A stretch of DNA of 62,967 bases, filler included, from Lenisia limosa (Eukaryota; Protista; Breviatea), in assembly GCA_001655205.1 (NCBI GenBank). It is 13 parts of 13 records of this genome, joined end to end, with 100 filler letters (N's around TTAATTAATTAA, not from the genome) between each part and the next. Parts side by side here need not be neighbours in the genome. Positions count along the whole stretch, not along the records: positions 42,168 to 55,668 come from LPNZ01003969.1; positions 55,769 to 57,784 come from LPNZ01001502.1; positions 57,885 to 59,583 come from LPNZ01006175.1; positions 59,684 to 61,008 come from LPNZ01002534.1; 9 more parts are not named here. One strand, 5' to 3'. Shown one piece after another: positions 49,511-61,108 of the stretch (position 1 is its first letter; each line of letters opens with the position of its first letter). Under the pieces are notes generated by a model, which ran no database searches, had not been told where the DNA came from, and saw nothing but the letters and a program-made list of their open reading frames with translations. The position numbers and the translations under genes are program-made.

Positions 49511-52500
49511 CTAACCGAGTAGGTAATGAAGGTGACGTTGGTGAGCTGAGAGATGCCAATACCCTTGCCTTTGCCAAGTTCCAACAGAGGCTTCTGTATC
49601 TTGTACGTTTGAAATTGAATCATGTGTTTTATTCGCTCTGGAAGGCATAAGGGGAGGGGGGAGGGTAGGGTGAGAATTATGATGGAGATGGAATGAGAAC
49701 AATATTGTGGTACACTTAACACAGCAGAATGAAAGAGAAGAAGACCGAAAGGCTGAAGCCGTAAGACAAGAAGAAAAGAGGGCGGCGGAGCTTGATGCTG
49801 CAATAGCACGGACAACACATCGACAACAGCAGCTCCAGATCCTCCAAGCCCAGGCAGATGCGCTGGCAGTAATCGAGCTTGAACGCGAACGCGAACTTGA
49901 GTGTCAACAAGAAGAACAGCATTCCACGCAGCCCCCCGCAGTTGAAACGCCACCAAATGACATGGCGCGCGAGCTTTTGGCGTCGACTGTGGCTATCAGC
50001 ACGAGTGATGACGAAGACGTGGAGAACGACCCTGAGAGCGAGGCTTTTGCGGCTCGGTTGAGGGGAGGTGGGGGAGGGATAATTAGGAAAAGAATAAGAT
50101 CAGTGCAAAAGTTATTGTTATTGATAATATTCAGTATTTTCCTTGATATGATATTATACTTACTGTCCGTTTTACAGTTTAGATACGCAGCGATCTTATG
50201 AGTTCGAGTCTTTTGCTGAGGTAAGTGTGACTGTCTTTACTGTTTGGAATAGAACTATATTAAAACCTTTTTCCAAGGAATTATGCCCTGTTGCACACAA
50301 TATTGGTTCCAAGCCACTATTTATAACTTGAATATTGAGTCTAAAATGGCGTTTTCGTTAATATGTAGTATGGCCCACTTCACATTTTGAATATCGCAAT
50401 GAATTCGACATAGCCTTAGAAATCTTGATAAAAAAACCATACAGGTGGACTCTCTAGACGTGGGTGTCCAAGATTGCCTCGACAAGTCAGACTCTGAAGC
50501 CTCTTTCAACGACCTTGTTTCCCACGCTGCTCTTTCCATTGCTGAAGTCGACAAGATGATAAATGGCGAAATGGAGCGGAGTGTTGATGATCGTCCCCCT
50601 CTCCCAGCCCACCGTCAGGTCTCACAGGACTCTTTGTTGTCCCATCCAGTGAGTGGGCTTGATGATTTGATCTGCATGCTGTCAGCGAATGATTGGGTGT
50701 TTTATTTTAAGAGGCAATATCTTTGGACGTCTTCGGATGTTATAACTTTTTTCATTTCTCATTTCTATATGTATATTATATGAAAACTAGAAAAAAATCC
50801 TTAAGATTAAATCGGTTCTGAGATTAAAACTAGGATTCTGGTGAGTGTATAATTCACTGCTTTAGTTCGTCCCAGAGACATATGAGGAATCCGAGCTTGC
50901 GCGGCCACTCAGCGCCTCAATGGTCTTAACACTGGAGGACCTGGCTAATTTACCGGGTTGCGACGTTCCTCTGGAAGTCGAAGTCCAGCCGAGCTCAAAC
51001 CATGGCCATCCGGAGGTCCAATCTGGGCCTTCTTCCAACCTCCCGCCTCCCTCTCCCAAGAGCATTCCAACCTCTCCTCGGTAGGGTTTTTTTTTTATAT
51101 ATTTTCATAAATTGTCATTTTTTATCATGAGCAAATGACTTCCGAGCATTATGGAGTATGGTAGACATTTTGGTTGTTTTGAACTCGCGAGCTGGCTTGT
51201 TCTCTTACCGGCTTGAATATTTCGATTTTTGTTCAATCTTCCCTTAGATCTCTAACTTCTTCAGATCCCCTCCAGGTTCACCCCCCCNNNNNNNNNNNNN
51301 NNNNNNNNNNNNNNNNNNNNNNNNNNNNNNNNNNNNNNNNNNNNNNNNNNNNNNNNNNNNNNNNNNNNNNNNNNNNNNTTGGCCAGCCCACGCAACAAGC
51401 CGCGATCGCCATCCCCCCTCGCTCGGCCGCCAGTTTCTTACGTCACGTCGCCGCAAGGAAAAACGGAGACGAGTGAGAACGAAATCGAAGTGTCGCCTGC
51501 CGTGGCTTTGAAGATGTCTTCTGTTGACAAGAAGGATGTAGGGGGGGCATTATTATTTATACAGAGGAAATGATATATTGTATACTTAGGGATCTTATAG
51601 TGGAGGTGACAGACAGGGTTTTTGTTTTGTGCCGGTTTTTATTTGAAGTATTAACGATTTTAGAATGACGAGGCAACTGCAGCATCAGATGTGGAAGTGA
51701 GGGGAGGTGGAGCCCAAATAGAAATATCTTCGAGCCGGATTTGCAGTTTCCTTAGCATGTGATTTATGCAAACTACATATAATGTGTACATGTAACTTAG
51801 TATACTATATGTATAGTAGAATATACCGTTGATATAATATAATATATATATATCATACTATATGATGATATAGTATATCATATACTATATGATAGATATG
51901 TATTCACAGTATATTATATCATCATATCATGTTATAGTATAGTATAATAAGAGACAAAGAATGCTAGTCTTTGTGTTACATCTTGATCTCTACACATCCT
52001 CATGTTAACTCTTCCCTCATAGACCATGTCTGAAGTAGACTCGTTCAGCGTATCGTCAGCATCATCACGGTCACCCTCTCCAATTCCGCACCCTGCAATC
52101 ACAATTCCTCCCGGCGCGGGCCAATTCTCGACTTCTATCCTCTCAGTCGCGTCAACACTGGAAGAGGCGGGCCGGGATGCTGAAGATGTGGAAGGTCTAG
52201 ATATTCCGTTCGACGTTCCTTTGGGCTTGTCGTCACGGTCGATTGTTTTGCTGAAGAAAGCGCATCTCAAGAGGGTCTCCAATGACTCTTCTGTGGGCTG
52301 GGCAAGTGGCTGGAGTATTGTGACAGTATTGGCGTTTTTCCAATACATCTGCGATAAGTCTTGACACCATTGACTAGAGATAAATCTCCATTTCTATGTC
52401 ATGAGTTATCGTAGTCAGTGTTAATAATTACTATCTTCCTTCTTTATAATTGTGAAAATGTTAAAGCAAGGTGCCAACCAGAAACTGGAACGGTTAAACC

Positions 52501-55500
52501 CCAAATAGAGCCAAAACCGAGCGTAACCTGCGTGATTTTTATTTACTGTAATAAAGGCAGTTGTTTTGGAAGCAAGAGAGCAAATGTTGTTTTTATCAAA
52601 CTGACCACAATCTTTCGTTAAATTCTGTAAAAAGTAGTTAAAAGATGACGTCACCGAAACTTTTTGTTCGGATATCCGAGCAATTTTCTGAATTAGCACT
52701 CTGCTTTAAACATTGCTTCGCTACTACGTGCAATAATAAGGGAAATGGTATACTCTAAATACGATAAATGGCTATATTACGACTCAGGTCTTGAGGGCAA
52801 TTCTTGAGTGGTACTTGCGATCCTCGCAACTCCGCTGGCCCAGATATTGAAGATCTTTTCTCGCAACCCCCCCCTCTAGACTGATATTTAGGCAACCGAG
52901 ACAGATGACGCTGTTACAGACTCCCCGTCCAACAAGGTGGCAACTTCTTCCATCCTCAACCGCATTCCACATTCAAAAGAGGAAGTTCCCGATGGTGGGT
53001 TTTGGTCGTTATTCATGAAAATCATACTTTCTTCATAAAAAGTCTGGTGGCAAGATCTAGTTCTACTCAATATGAGCCATTTTTCTCAATTTAACATAAT
53101 ACCCAAGTTAGTGTAAACTACATTAGAGGCATTTTTGTCAAATAATCATCCAGATGACCCGTCTATTATCCATGAGAAGCCTTTGTTGCCCCAATTGAAG
53201 AAGCACCTGAAAAACGTTGGTTTAAAGGCTATTTCATTTACCATCACACTGTGTATCTGGTTTTCACTTTCCCCTTGCGTTTGAGATCCTTATTCCCCTT
53301 GACCTGGGCTTTGTTTGTTTTGTTGTTTTAAAACTGTGTGTTTCCCAAATGCTAGCCAACAGAGTTGATTCTGGGTTTTTGGTTCTATATTTAGCGGTGC
53401 TGCAGAAGNNNNNNNNNNNNNNNNNNNNNNNNNNNNNNNNNNNNNNNNNNNNNNNNNNNNNNNNNNNNNNNNNNNNNNTCCAGATTTCCATATTTACTCC
53501 CCCTGTACTTTCCCTCTCCCCTTATTGGTCCTTACTTGCCCCCTCCAACAGAGCCGAAGCCTGGCCGCACACGTCGTGGTGTTGGAGCTTAGCATTGCCG
53601 AGAAGGAACGCGACATTTCTGCTCTCGAGGAGGCGGTTGAGATGTCCAAGGCTTCGGAAGAGGCTATGAGGGAAGATTTGACGAAGGAGGTGAGAGGGTG
53701 GTGCTATTTCTGTTATTTCATCTTTGTTTTTGGAAGTCTTTACTTAGTCAGTAATTTTCATCTTTGTTTTCGACTCAAAATTCGGTCATAGCACATTTGT
53801 CGAATTTTGAGCCATTTAACAGGGGGGGCAGGCCTTTTTCTCGCAGCAGCCTTTTACCTTACGTTCGACAAAAGTTCAGTTTTTAGGTTGACAGTGCTGT
53901 GGATTCGTTGAAACAACTCGAAGCTTTACAGGAGCGGAACATGACGGTGCGGCTTGGTAGAGCGATTTTTGATTATTAGGAATTAAAATTAGCTTGAAAT
54001 AAGCGTAGAAAGAGAGAACGATAAATCTGTTAAATATATCATATAATATACTACAAGCATACATATACTATAGATATTATATTTTTATTATACATCACCT
54101 GTCACAAGTACAACGTCTGAATTTGACTTTCTTCATTTCTGACTGACATGTTTTTTAGATTGCAGAGGAAGAGAAAAATAGGAGTCTTGAAGATCTTCGT
54201 TTGTCCATGGAAAATGAAATCAGAGAGGCTCTTGTGGGAGGGGAAGCATGAAAAATACAAGATGGGAGTTGTTTTTTCAGTTTTTTTAGTACATAATGAA
54301 CTACTATGAATACTATTGCTACTGATATAGTAGATAGGCTTTACATAACTTCACAAATTAGGAAGGTGAACATACATATATGATACATATAACTTACCAT
54401 ATTAGGAAGGTGAAGAACGGGCCGAGGCCCAAGCCATGCAGTCTGAGAAGAAGGCAATGGAAATGACCGCCGAGAGGGATGCGATGCGGGAGGAAAAGCT
54501 TCAAATTGAGCAAAAATTGCGGACTGCTGAGCTCAATGAACTGAACTCCAAGGGGCAGGTCTGGGGGTCGGAACAACGCATATCTGGGATTGTACAAGGC
54601 GCTGTCATCCGGAATTGCTGTGGTTCTGTTTTTGATGGATGGGGTTTAAATAGCTGGAGTTGGGGTAATAGCGTATTTCTAGTGTCTATTTACAAAGCAA
54701 ATAGAAAATTATAAATTAATTCAATTAAAATTAAAACAAACTGATCGAAGTGATCATTTAGGTGGAGGACACTAAGAGGCTCCTGGAATCTGGCCAGGCC
54801 ACATGGACTTCTCAGGTGTCTAAGCAGCAGAAGGAGATTTCATCTTTGCGTGACGGGTTGGCGGCGGCGCTCAAGGCAGGCAAGGAGGAAGAAGAAGCCC
54901 ATAAGAAGTCCAAAGCTCGGATGTCGGAACTTCAGTCAATTGTCGACTCTAGGGAGGCTGCGTTGGTGGCTCAGACGGATATTGCCGTTATGGAAGCACG
55001 AAAATTCAATGTGGGGGGGTTGTGGGTTATGGATTGTGTGTGTGGCTGGAGGGGATGCTCTAGATGCTATGGTATGCGTATTACGAATGGATATCTTGCC
55101 ATGGTATGCATGACGAATATGATATCTTTATTTTTTGAGTCATAGTCCAGACACGAATTGAAGAGTTGGAGCCCTATCTTGATCGCTGCGAGGAGCAAGC
55201 CAAGTCCATTGCCAACCTGAGGAACGAACTTCAAAGTTCAGCGCAGCTCAATGACTTGCTGGAGAACCGGATCGAAGTATGCGGGGCAGAAGGATTTCGG
55301 TGGCAATTGTTCATTTTTGGTCATAGGGATTCAAGAAATTTATCGCTGGTTTTTGAAATGCGATAAATATAAATGTATGTCTATATGTCTATATGTACAT
55401 GAAGCACTCCATATCTGACACGCAGCTCCTTCGCGAAGCCCACGATGAAGAGAGCGAAATAGCGGCGGTAGCACGGACTAGTCTTGACCAAGTTATCGAA

Positions 55501-55540
55501 AGTCTGGAGTCGGACTTAGCTGCACAGGTTGGTGGTGAAA
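49511..55540 (+). CDS. Large multi-exon protein: acidic/Ser-Pro-rich middle and long C-terminal coiled coil; family unrecognised
   Basis: Exon-like ORFs with heptad, E/K/Q-rich composition (EREEDRKAEAVRQEEKRAAELDAAI; LELSIAEKERDISALEEAVE; AMQSEKKAMEMTAERDAMREEKLQIEQKL; QQKEISSLRDGLAAALK; LDRCEEQAKSIANLRNELQ), each flanked by AG/GT, all on the plus strand of one contig. Confidence 0.7.
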
Positions 55541-55919
55541 ATGACGTATCATTGTTTGGAGAGGATTTATTGAGAGTTGGGAATGCAGCAAAAGCTGTTC
55601 TTATCATTTTGATATTCCTGATTCTTTAATGTCAAGATTTCCGGGTCATTTGTTCTGGTATTCTTGGTNNNNNNNNNNNNNNNNNNNNNNNNNNNNNNNN
55701 NNNNNNNNNNNNTTAATTAATTAANNNNNNNNNNNNNNNNNNNNNNNNNNNNNNNNNNNNNNNNNNNNATGCGTGTGTTTGAGGGGACATCATGCGTGTG
55801 TTTGAGGGGAGAAATTTGGCATTATGTGTGTGTTAGTTCAGAATGACAAGGTACCCTGATAGCTACAATTCTCTAATAGGAATAGACAATTTTCCTCTGT
55901 CCTTTTTTTTTATTCTGTT

Positions 55920-57784
55920 TCAGCGAAGCCAGCCCAAGCATTTTGGCTACGAGCATGCCAAACCGTCCTATTATGATACCTACACCAATCGGTTGGATGG
56001 GGGGAGGACGTTTTGAGTGTAAGAATTTATCTGTTGAAGCAGGTATGATAAGGAGGCACGCAGAAAGCTGTGTGTACAGAGTTGTAAGGCAAATGATTGG
56101 GTGAATTCATATTATTCTATAATCCAATATCTATTAGAAGCGTGATGGTGTGGACGGCTTCGGTCAGATACAACTTTTTTTTTATATTTCTCATCTCCAT
56201 TTAATATATCATTGCAGGTTATATTCCAAAACCGGTTTGGTTGAAGTGCAAAATGAAGTGTGACCCAGATTGAGTGTAATGAAAGTAGAATTGTTTACGA
56301 CCAAATGTTGTGATTATAATACTGCTCAAAATTTTGAATTCTAGTAAAAAGCAGTAAAAGATGACCGTAAGTTTTTGTTCGGATATGACATATTTTATTA
56401 AATTTGATGTGGTATGCTAATGAATATTAACATAATTCTGTACAACAGCGATCCGCACACTCACACACTCACCACTTCTCATTTTTAGCAATTACCATAA
56501 CTAGCAGGTTCACAACGCTACTTACCATATTTAGCAGGTGCAAAACGCCACTTACCATATTTAGCAGGTTCAAAACGCCACTTACCATCTGTAGGTTCAG
56601 TGGTCTGAGAATGAAAGTTGGCTCGTCTGATGTCTGGGTTAGAGAAATGGTATTTGGGGGGGGGGGTACCAGGGTATCAACTCGTGATTAAGGCTTCATT
56701 TCGGTTCAAAAAAGACTGAATTTCTCGATAAATATCGATATTTTATCAGTCTTTTTCGAACTGAAGTGAAGCCCTATTCGTGATATAGTCGAGATGATGA
56801 CCCATTTCTACCAATCATCTAATGTGTATTATGCTGTCAACTTTTACTGCTCTTCGAATTGAAATGTTCCTTTTTGACGGGTATTCACCAATTATGCCTC
56901 TTCCACACGTGTTTTTACCATCTTTTGATGTTTTTCATGGCATATTTTTAGGGCTTTGTGAAATTAATTGAAAAATTCATTTCAAAATTTGAAGCCTGAC
57001 ATATTATATCGAAAACCCTCTTCCAGACTCCTTAATTTCCTATTTTGTATAATTGCATGGGGTAGCATTGACATTCACTCAAAAGGGCTTTTACATCCGC
57101 TGCGCCAATGCGGGAGATTGCCCATCTGGAACAGTGTACTTCCAGGTCTACAAGGACAACTTTAGTAATGGGTTGGGGGGGGGGGGGNNNNNNNNNNNNN
57201 NNNNNNNNNNNNNNNNNNNNNNNNNNNNNNNNNNNNNNNNNNNNNNNNNNNNNNNNNNNNNNNNNNNNNNNNNNNNNNNNNNCACTTCGGTCCGAAAAAG
57301 ACCGGTAAATTGTCGATAGTTTTCGACGATTTATCGATATTGGGTCTTTTTTGAAACCGAATGAAGTCCAAGTTATGGCGATGGGGAGCGGTGGTCACGA
57401 TTAGTCCTGACTAAAGACACAACTCAGTATCCGTGTCAGGACGTATCCCCTTGATCTGAGTGTATTAATATTATTTCTCATCTCTGTAAATATTGTAGTA
57501 TCTTTTCAACATTTACATTTACATCTACTATAGTATTAGTATAATTACATATGTATGTTGGGGAGGTACTCAGAAAGCTGTGTGCACAGAGTTGTAAGGC
57601 AAATGATTGGTGAATTAATATTATACTATCTCTTATATACTATAACCTTGATGGTATATTTCCCATTGCTATATATTCGCTCATACCGCAGATACACGCG
57701 GGTTTTCAACTTGGCCGCTTCCGTCTCGCCTGGAGGCTCCTTTGATACCTTCTTCTCCACTGGGGACTTTTCGGTTGGGGTGGC
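55920..57784 (+). CDS. Fragment of an unidentified protein (5 short exons)
   Basis: AG/GT-bounded open segments: RSQPKHFGYEHAKPSYYDTYTNR; YSKTGLVEVQNE; FSGLRMKVGSSDVW; ALTFTQKGFYIRCANAGDCPSGTVYFQVYKDNFSN; YTRVFNLAASVSPGGSFDTFFSTGDF. Phases not all verified. Confidence 0.4.
56501..56599. repeat. 30-bp tandem repeat x3 ending at a putative splice acceptor
   Basis: CTTACCATATTTAGCAGGTTCAAAACGCCA units followed by CTTACCATCTGTAG|GTTCA. Confidence 0.88.
56689..56776. mobile_element. MITE family A copy
   Basis: TAAGGCTTCATTTCGGTTCAAAAAAGACTGA...TCAGTCTTTTTCGAACTGAAGTGAAGCCCTA. Further copies at ~57283-57370, 57888-57979, 58685-58759, 58804-58902, 60148-60231. Confidence 0.85.
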
Positions 57785-58019
57785 NNNNNNNNNNNNNNNN
57801 NNNNNNNNNNNNNNNNNNNNNNNNNNNNTTAATTAATTAANNNNNNNNNNNNNNNNNNNNNNNNNNNNNNNNNNNNNNNNNNNNTAATTAGAGTTTCACT
57901 CGGTTCGAAAAAAGACCAAAATAGTTTTCGAGGATTTATTGAGATATTCAGTCTTTTTTCGAATCGCAGTGAAGCCCTAATTGTAATGTCTAAACTGCTT
58001 ATGTCATCTGGTTTTTGTC

Positions 58020-58103
58020 TAGTTACGTTTGTTGCTCGTGTTATTGGGGTTTTGTCTAGTAACGTTTGTTGCTCGTGTTATTGGGGTTTTGTCTAGTAAC
58101 GTT
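58020..58103. repeat. 37-bp tandem repeat, about 2.3 copies
   Basis: TAGTAACGTTTGTTGCTCGTGTTATTGGGGTTTTGTC. Confidence 0.88.
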
Positions 58104-58339
58104 TTTTGTTTGGTTTTTATTTGGAGTTTCAAATTATCCAGTTTGTGATTAGTACCTTTACGCAAATATTCTTCATCGAAATTTCCTTCGTTTTNNNNNN
58201 NNNNNNNNNNNNNNNNNNNNNNNNNNNNNNNNNNNNNNNNNNNNNNNNNNNNNNNNNNNNNNNNNNNNNNNNNNNNNNNNNNNNNNNNNNNNNNNNNNNN
58301 NNNNNNNNNNNNNNNNNNNNNNNNNNNNNNNNNNNNNNA

Positions 58340-59252
58340 TCTTCTCTTCATTCCGCGCATTTCGATGGTGTGGGACTTCACCGTGTCCACCCTCGTGTCC
58401 ATGGACATGGATACTACCGGCGAAGTGGGAGGGGGGCATTGTTTGTGTGTATGTGCGTATCATATGGATATGATCACAATTAAGTCTGGACTGATCATTT
58501 AGATCGTTCCAGGCCTGTTCTTTGCTCTGGTCCTTGTGGTCATCACAACGGTCCGGGATATTCCCTTCGACCTGTACAGTACCTTCGTCATCGAGGAGCA
58601 GCACGGGTTTAATAAGAGGTCTGTTGGGATGTTTGGTGTTTATGCTTATCAGAAAAGGTGTGTGTGTGGGGGGGTAACAAGAGGCTGAAAGACCCTCAAA
58701 CATTTTGAGGGTTTATCGCGAACTTCAGTTGTTTTAAAAAAATAGCTAAGTGAAGCCCTAGAGGTGGGAGTGTATTTTGTGTTGAATAAGAGATGGGGTG
58801 GGTGGGGCTTCAGTTCGGTTCGAAAAAAGACTAAATGTCTCGATAAATCTTCGAAAACTATCGATATTTTCCCAAGTTTTTTTGAACCAAAGTGAAGCCC
58901 TAGGGATGGGGGTTGAAGAATGGTGTTCGTCCCTAAAGTTCCCCCCTGGCCTGGGCTTCGTTTGTTTTGTCGTTATCAACCCTCGTGTGTTGTCAGCCAA
59001 CCGAGTTGATTTTGGGCTTCTTCTTTTGTTTTATATACTATATCATATACTATTAAATTTTCATTTTACCCCCCCCCCTTCTGAAACTTCCAAAATCATC
59101 CATCCAGCACCATTGGCACCTTCATCAAGGACAAGATTATCGGCTTCCTTCTAACTTGTGGTATCGGCGGCGGCGTGCTGGCTCTTCTCATAGCCATTAT
59201 TCAATGGGGTGGAGACCTTTTCTACATTTATGTATGCTGTGGGTGGAGACCA
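58340..59252 (+). CDS. STE24: CAAX prenyl protease 1 (STE24/ZMPSTE24, peptidase M48) N-terminal fragment
   Basis: IVPGLFFALVLVVITTVRDIPFDLYSTFVIEEQHGFNK|STIGTFIKDKIIGFLLTC...IIQWGGDLFYIY matches the STE24 signature P..LY.TFVIEE.HGFN..T...F.KD..K...GGDYF.IY; splice phases consistent. Confidence 0.9.
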
Positions 59253-59455
59253 TCTCTTTGTATGGTGAGGACCTTTTCTATCTATTTATGATGGGCGCAG
59301 AAAGCTGTGCACAGAATTGTAAGGCAAATGATTGGGTAAAAAATAGTCTACTCTAATCCAATATCTCTGATTATCGTGATGGTGTGGACAGCTTCGGCCA
59401 GATACACCCTTTTTTTTGTTTTGTTTTTTTCTCATTGCTATATATGGATGATGGG

Positions 59456-59557
59456 TAGGGCTTCCCTACGTCCCAAAGAACGGTAAAATATCTATATTTA
59501 TCGAGGATTTTTCGAAAAAATCTGTCTTTTTTGGGACCGTAGGGAAGCAAGCCCTAA
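59456..59557. mobile_element. MITE family A, subfamily 2, TA at both ends
   Basis: TAGGGCTTCCCTACGTCCCAAAGAAC...TTTTTTGGGACCGTAGGGAAGCAAGCCCTA. Confidence 0.85.
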
Positions 59558-59779
59558 TGATAGGGGTTTCTATTTAAACGTGGNNNNNNNNNNNNNNNNN
59601 NNNNNNNNNNNNNNNNNNNNNNNNNNNTTAATTAATTAANNNNNNNNNNNNNNNNNNNNNNNNNNNNNNNNNNNNNNNNNNNNAAACAAAGCCCAGGCTA
59701 GTCGCTTCTGCGGCACCGCATCCCATCACTCCAGCGTACAGGGTAAAATTGGATATATGAATCGAAGTGAATCCCTACC

Positions 59780-60889
59780 CCTCAAACCTCCTTTTTGCAG
59801 TTGAAGAAGCTGAGAATAGCAGTAGCCAGGGGCAGGTAGGTGAGAATAACAAGGGTCCACATAGAGCTACGGGGAAATGAAAATAGTAATAATAATAATA
59901 AAAAAACAAATTAGAAATATGGAAAATTCGGGCCACATGTAGCTTCGGGATATTCCTTTTTACCCCCCTCTCATACCGAACAGCTGCGTGCCAAGAGCGA
60001 TCTGGCTGATCTTCATCTGCATGGGCGAGGCTGGCCTTAGACTGCACCTTCCTAATTGGGAATGAAAACCAAAGGAGTTTAATAACAAAGGAGTTTCTTC
60101 ATCAAAAAAATTAATCTAAATATATGATATATTTTCGCAAAACAAGTAGAGCTACACTTCGGTCCGAAAAGAACCGAAAATTTCTCGATAAATCCTCGAA
60201 AACTATCGATATTGTCCCGAACTAAGCCCTAATTGGAAGAAACTAAAATTGAAACTTAACAATAATGTACACCACATGCACTTCTTTCCCAAAACAAACT
60301 TGAGTTCATTCTTGCTGGACATTTTGAGGTAAATAACTCTTCCAATGTAGATCAGAACCACGACAATGCAGAGGAAGAAGGGCAGGAAAAGCTGAACTGT
60401 GAAAAAAATGTTCATGTTTTTTGAATTATTTTAGTTTTAACTCTCAACAAATCAATGACGAGAGTCTGCTACAAACCTTCATTGAAAATTTGGTGAAGAA
60501 ATCGAGTTGGGAGTCTGTGGAGCATTCGGGGGCTGGAAATGGTGATGTTACTAATGTAATGGTGATGGTGTTAATGTAACAGTGATGTAACTAATGTGAT
60601 GATATGGTAAGGGAAAACAGGAGGAAAAGACGTAGAATCTGTTATCACATGCAAAATATTAATTAGAGCTCCACAAGAGACTGATTTCTCGAAAAAACTA
60701 CAATCAATATCGATATCGATATTATATATGTCAGTTTCGAACCGGAGAGATGTCCTCTCTGTTCATCATAACCACTTCTCCCATTTTCCCCATATTACAT
60801 CTGGCTAGTGTCGCTCTTCCTTTTCCCACTCACCCGCAAGGTCGAAATTGAAGTTCACAGTGGACATATACGAAAAACTGTCATTCACC
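59780..60889 (-). CDS. Fragment of a multi-pass membrane protein
   Basis: In-phase exons VNDSFSYMSTVNFNFDLA|APECSTDSQLDFFTKFSMK|VQLFLPFFLCIVVVLIYIGRVIYLK...|KVQSKAS...AVR. The 'NF..D..APEC....F..KF...L.LP' pattern recalls the TM region of protist large-ectodomain receptors (from memory). Confidence 0.6.
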
Positions 60890-61108
60890 TACATGGTAAG
60901 TAAGGGTCAAAAGGAGACCGGGGAATTCAAATTCGTTATTTTCCATTTCCGAAATGAATGAGTCTGACAAGTGAAGCCCTATCTACCCCCCCCCCCCATT
61001 ACGGATTTNNNNNNNNNNNNNNNNNNNNNNNNNNNNNNNNNNNNNNNNNNNNTTAATTAATTAANNNNNNNNNNNNNNNNNNNNNNNNNNNNNNNNNNNN
61101 NNNNNNNN

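Noticed and set aside
56060-56180. Family C as a hammerhead/HDV ribozyme or tRNA-derived SINE
   Set aside because: No CUGAUGA/GAAA hammerhead core and no recognisable Pol III A/B boxes; kept only as an unclassified structured repeat.
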